Shown piece after piece: positions 62,050 to 64,000 of a DNA stretch of 64,000 nt. Source of the DNA: Mobula birostris (taxonomy: Eukaryota); contig NC_092374.1 in assembly GCF_030028105.1 (NCBI RefSeq), positions 8,546,998 to 8,610,997 on the forward strand. The letters are read 5' to 3'. Position numbers and translations under genes: made by a program. The notes beneath the pieces are model-generated. The model was not told the origin of the DNA. It searched no databases and saw only the letters and a program-made list of their open reading frames with translations. Every line of letters starts with the position of its first letter. Position 1 is the first letter of the stretch.

Positions 62050-62600
62050 TCCAGTAGATGGAAATTGATCTGTGAAAAAAAAGCCCTGTGCTTATCTCAG
62101 TGAAGATGCGCAGGCACTGGAGAAGGTTCAAAGGAGCTTCAGAAGAGTGATTCCGGGAATGCAAGGGTTAACGTATCAGGAGTGTTTGATGGCTGTGCGT
62201 CTGTACCCGCTAGAAGACGGGGTGTGGGGGAGGTGGTAGGTAGGGGTAGGGGAGGGTTATCTTATTGAAACGTACCTAATATTAATCAAAGGCCTAGGCT
62301 GAGTGGACGTGGAGACAATGTTTCCTGTAGTTGGGGAATCTAGGACTGGGGCCGCAGCTTCAGAATAGAAGGCCGTCCCTTTAGAACAGAGATGAAGAGA
62401 AATTTATTTAGATAGAGAGTGATAAATCAGTGGAGGCCAAGTCATTAGACATATGAAAGCGGAGCTGGATATGTTCTTAATTTGTAACGGCGTCAAAGCT
62501 TACGGGGAGAAGGCTGGAGAATGGGGTTGAGAGGGAAAATACAACAGTCATGATCGAATTGCAGAGTAAAACCGGCGGGCCGAATGTCCCAATTCTACTT
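62050..62600 (+). mobile_element. Degenerate CR1 3' fragment
   Basis: ALEKVQRSFRRVIPGMQGLTYQECLMAV; CR1-type 3' region. Confidence 0.7.
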
Positions 62601-62749
62601 ACATGTCTCATGGACTTGTTATGGAGTCCCCTTCGCTACTGCCTTATCTGGCATGTCACATACACACTGAAATTCAGAGGCTGCCTCAGTGCGACCTGGC
62701 TACTGCTGTTGTGTCCAGAAAAGCTCACTACAACTCCCCCTCCACCCTA

Positions 62750-62900
62750 GCAGTGCTAAAAGTGTCTACTTGTGGACTTGCTACTGAGAGGAACAGTCAC
62801 GGGGGGCACCCTGCTCCGTCGGTCCCGTCCACGACCTCTCCTGGTGGTCACCCAACTATCTTGCAGCCTGCGCTGTAGGTGTGACCACCTCACTAAAAAT
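62750..62900 (-). mobile_element. Probable CR1 ORF1 fragment
   Basis: SWVTTRRGRG...PVTVPLSSK resembles the CR1 ORF1 WVT.RR...V.L.NK/R block. Confidence 0.45.
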
Positions 62901-62940
62901 CTTGCCTGTGATGCTCTCAGCGTCCCGCAAGATCCTAGAT

Positions 62941-64000
62941 ACATAGAACATAGAACATAGAATAGTACAGCACAGTACAGGCCCTTCGACCCACAATGTT
63001 GTGCCCACCCTCAAACCCTGCCTCCCATATAAGCCCCCAACTTAAATTCCTCCATGTACCTGTCCAGTAGCCTCTTAAACTTCACTAGTGTATCTGCCTC
63101 CACCATTGACTCAGGCAGTGCATTCCAGGTACCAACCAGCCTCTGAGTAAAAAACCTTCCTCTAATACCTCCTTGAACTTCCCACCCCTTACCTTAAAAC
63201 CATGTCCTCTTGTATTGAGCAGTGGTGCCCTGGGGAAGAGGCGCTGGCTATCCACTCTATCTATTCCTCTTATTATCTTGTACACCTCTATCATGTCTCC
63301 TCTCATCCTCCTTCTCTCCAAAGAGTAAAGCCCTTGCTCCCTTAATCTCTGATCATAATCCATACTCTCGAAACCAGACAGCATCCTGGTAAATCTCCTC
63401 TGTACCCTTTCCAATGCTTCTACATCTTTCCTATAGTGAGGCGACCAGAAATGGACACAGCACTCCAAGTGTGGCCTAACCAGAGTTTTATAGAGCTGCA
63501 TCATTACATCGTGACTCTTAAGCTCTATCCCTCGACTTATGAAAGCTAACACTCCATAAGCTTTCTTAACTACCCTATCTACCTATGAGGCAACTTTCAG
63601 GGATCTGTGGACATGTACCCCCAGATCCCTCTGCTCCTCCACACAACCAAGTATCCTGCCATTTACTTTGTACTCTGCCTTGGAGTTTGTCCTTCCAAAG
63701 TGTACCACCTCACACTTCTCCGGGTTAAACTCCATCTGCCACTTCTCAGCCCACTTCTGCATCCTATCAATGTCTCTCTGCAATCTTCGACAATCCTCTA
63801 CACTATCTACAACACCACCAACCTTTGTGTCGTCTGCAAACTTGCCAACCCACCCTTCTACCCCCACATCCAGGTCGTTAATAAAAATCATGAAAAGTAG
63901 AGGTCCCAGAACAGATCCTTGTGGGACACCACTAGCCACAATCCTCCAATCTGAATGTACTCCCTCCACCACCACCCTCTGCCTTCTGCAGGCAAGCCAA
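62941..64000 (-). mobile_element. Relatively young CR1 LINE (RT C-terminus to 3' end), continues right of the window
   Basis: [20 protein letters not shown]...KFADDTKVGG; LYKTLVRPHLECC; (CATAGAA)n tail at ~62941-62962. Confidence 0.92.

Overview
Eukaryotic, repeat-dense vertebrate DNA. The CR1, Rex1/Babar, L1/Tx1 and Penelope families suggest a cartilaginous fish such as a ray or shark; this is inference, not a database result. About half of the window (13722-46135, ~32.4 kb) is one tandem satellite of a 29-bp monomer (GTGACGTTTCGTGTGGAAAGAGAAACAGA, with 28/27/22-bp variants) organised in multi-kb higher-order duplications. All long ORFs there are artefacts. Key observation: the two flanks of the array join into a single Penelope-like-element 3' remnant, and the monomer matches the segment carrying the GAAACGUC half of its minimal hammerhead ribozyme. 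The satellite therefore appears to have grown inside a ribozyme-bearing retroelement tail. The only host gene I can support is a Siglec-15-like Ig gene on +. It has a leader exon at 51150-51210 and a V-set exon at 60786-61166. A candidate stalk exon at 61664-61828 contains an in-frame stop. The rest is nested retroelement debris, including a Gypsy 5' LTR with a tRNA-Pro PBS, a tRNA-derived SINE, a 249-bp solo LTR, and one Penelope copy with an intact hammerhead core. TE boundaries were read by eye and are approximate unless a TSD or terminal motif is quoted.
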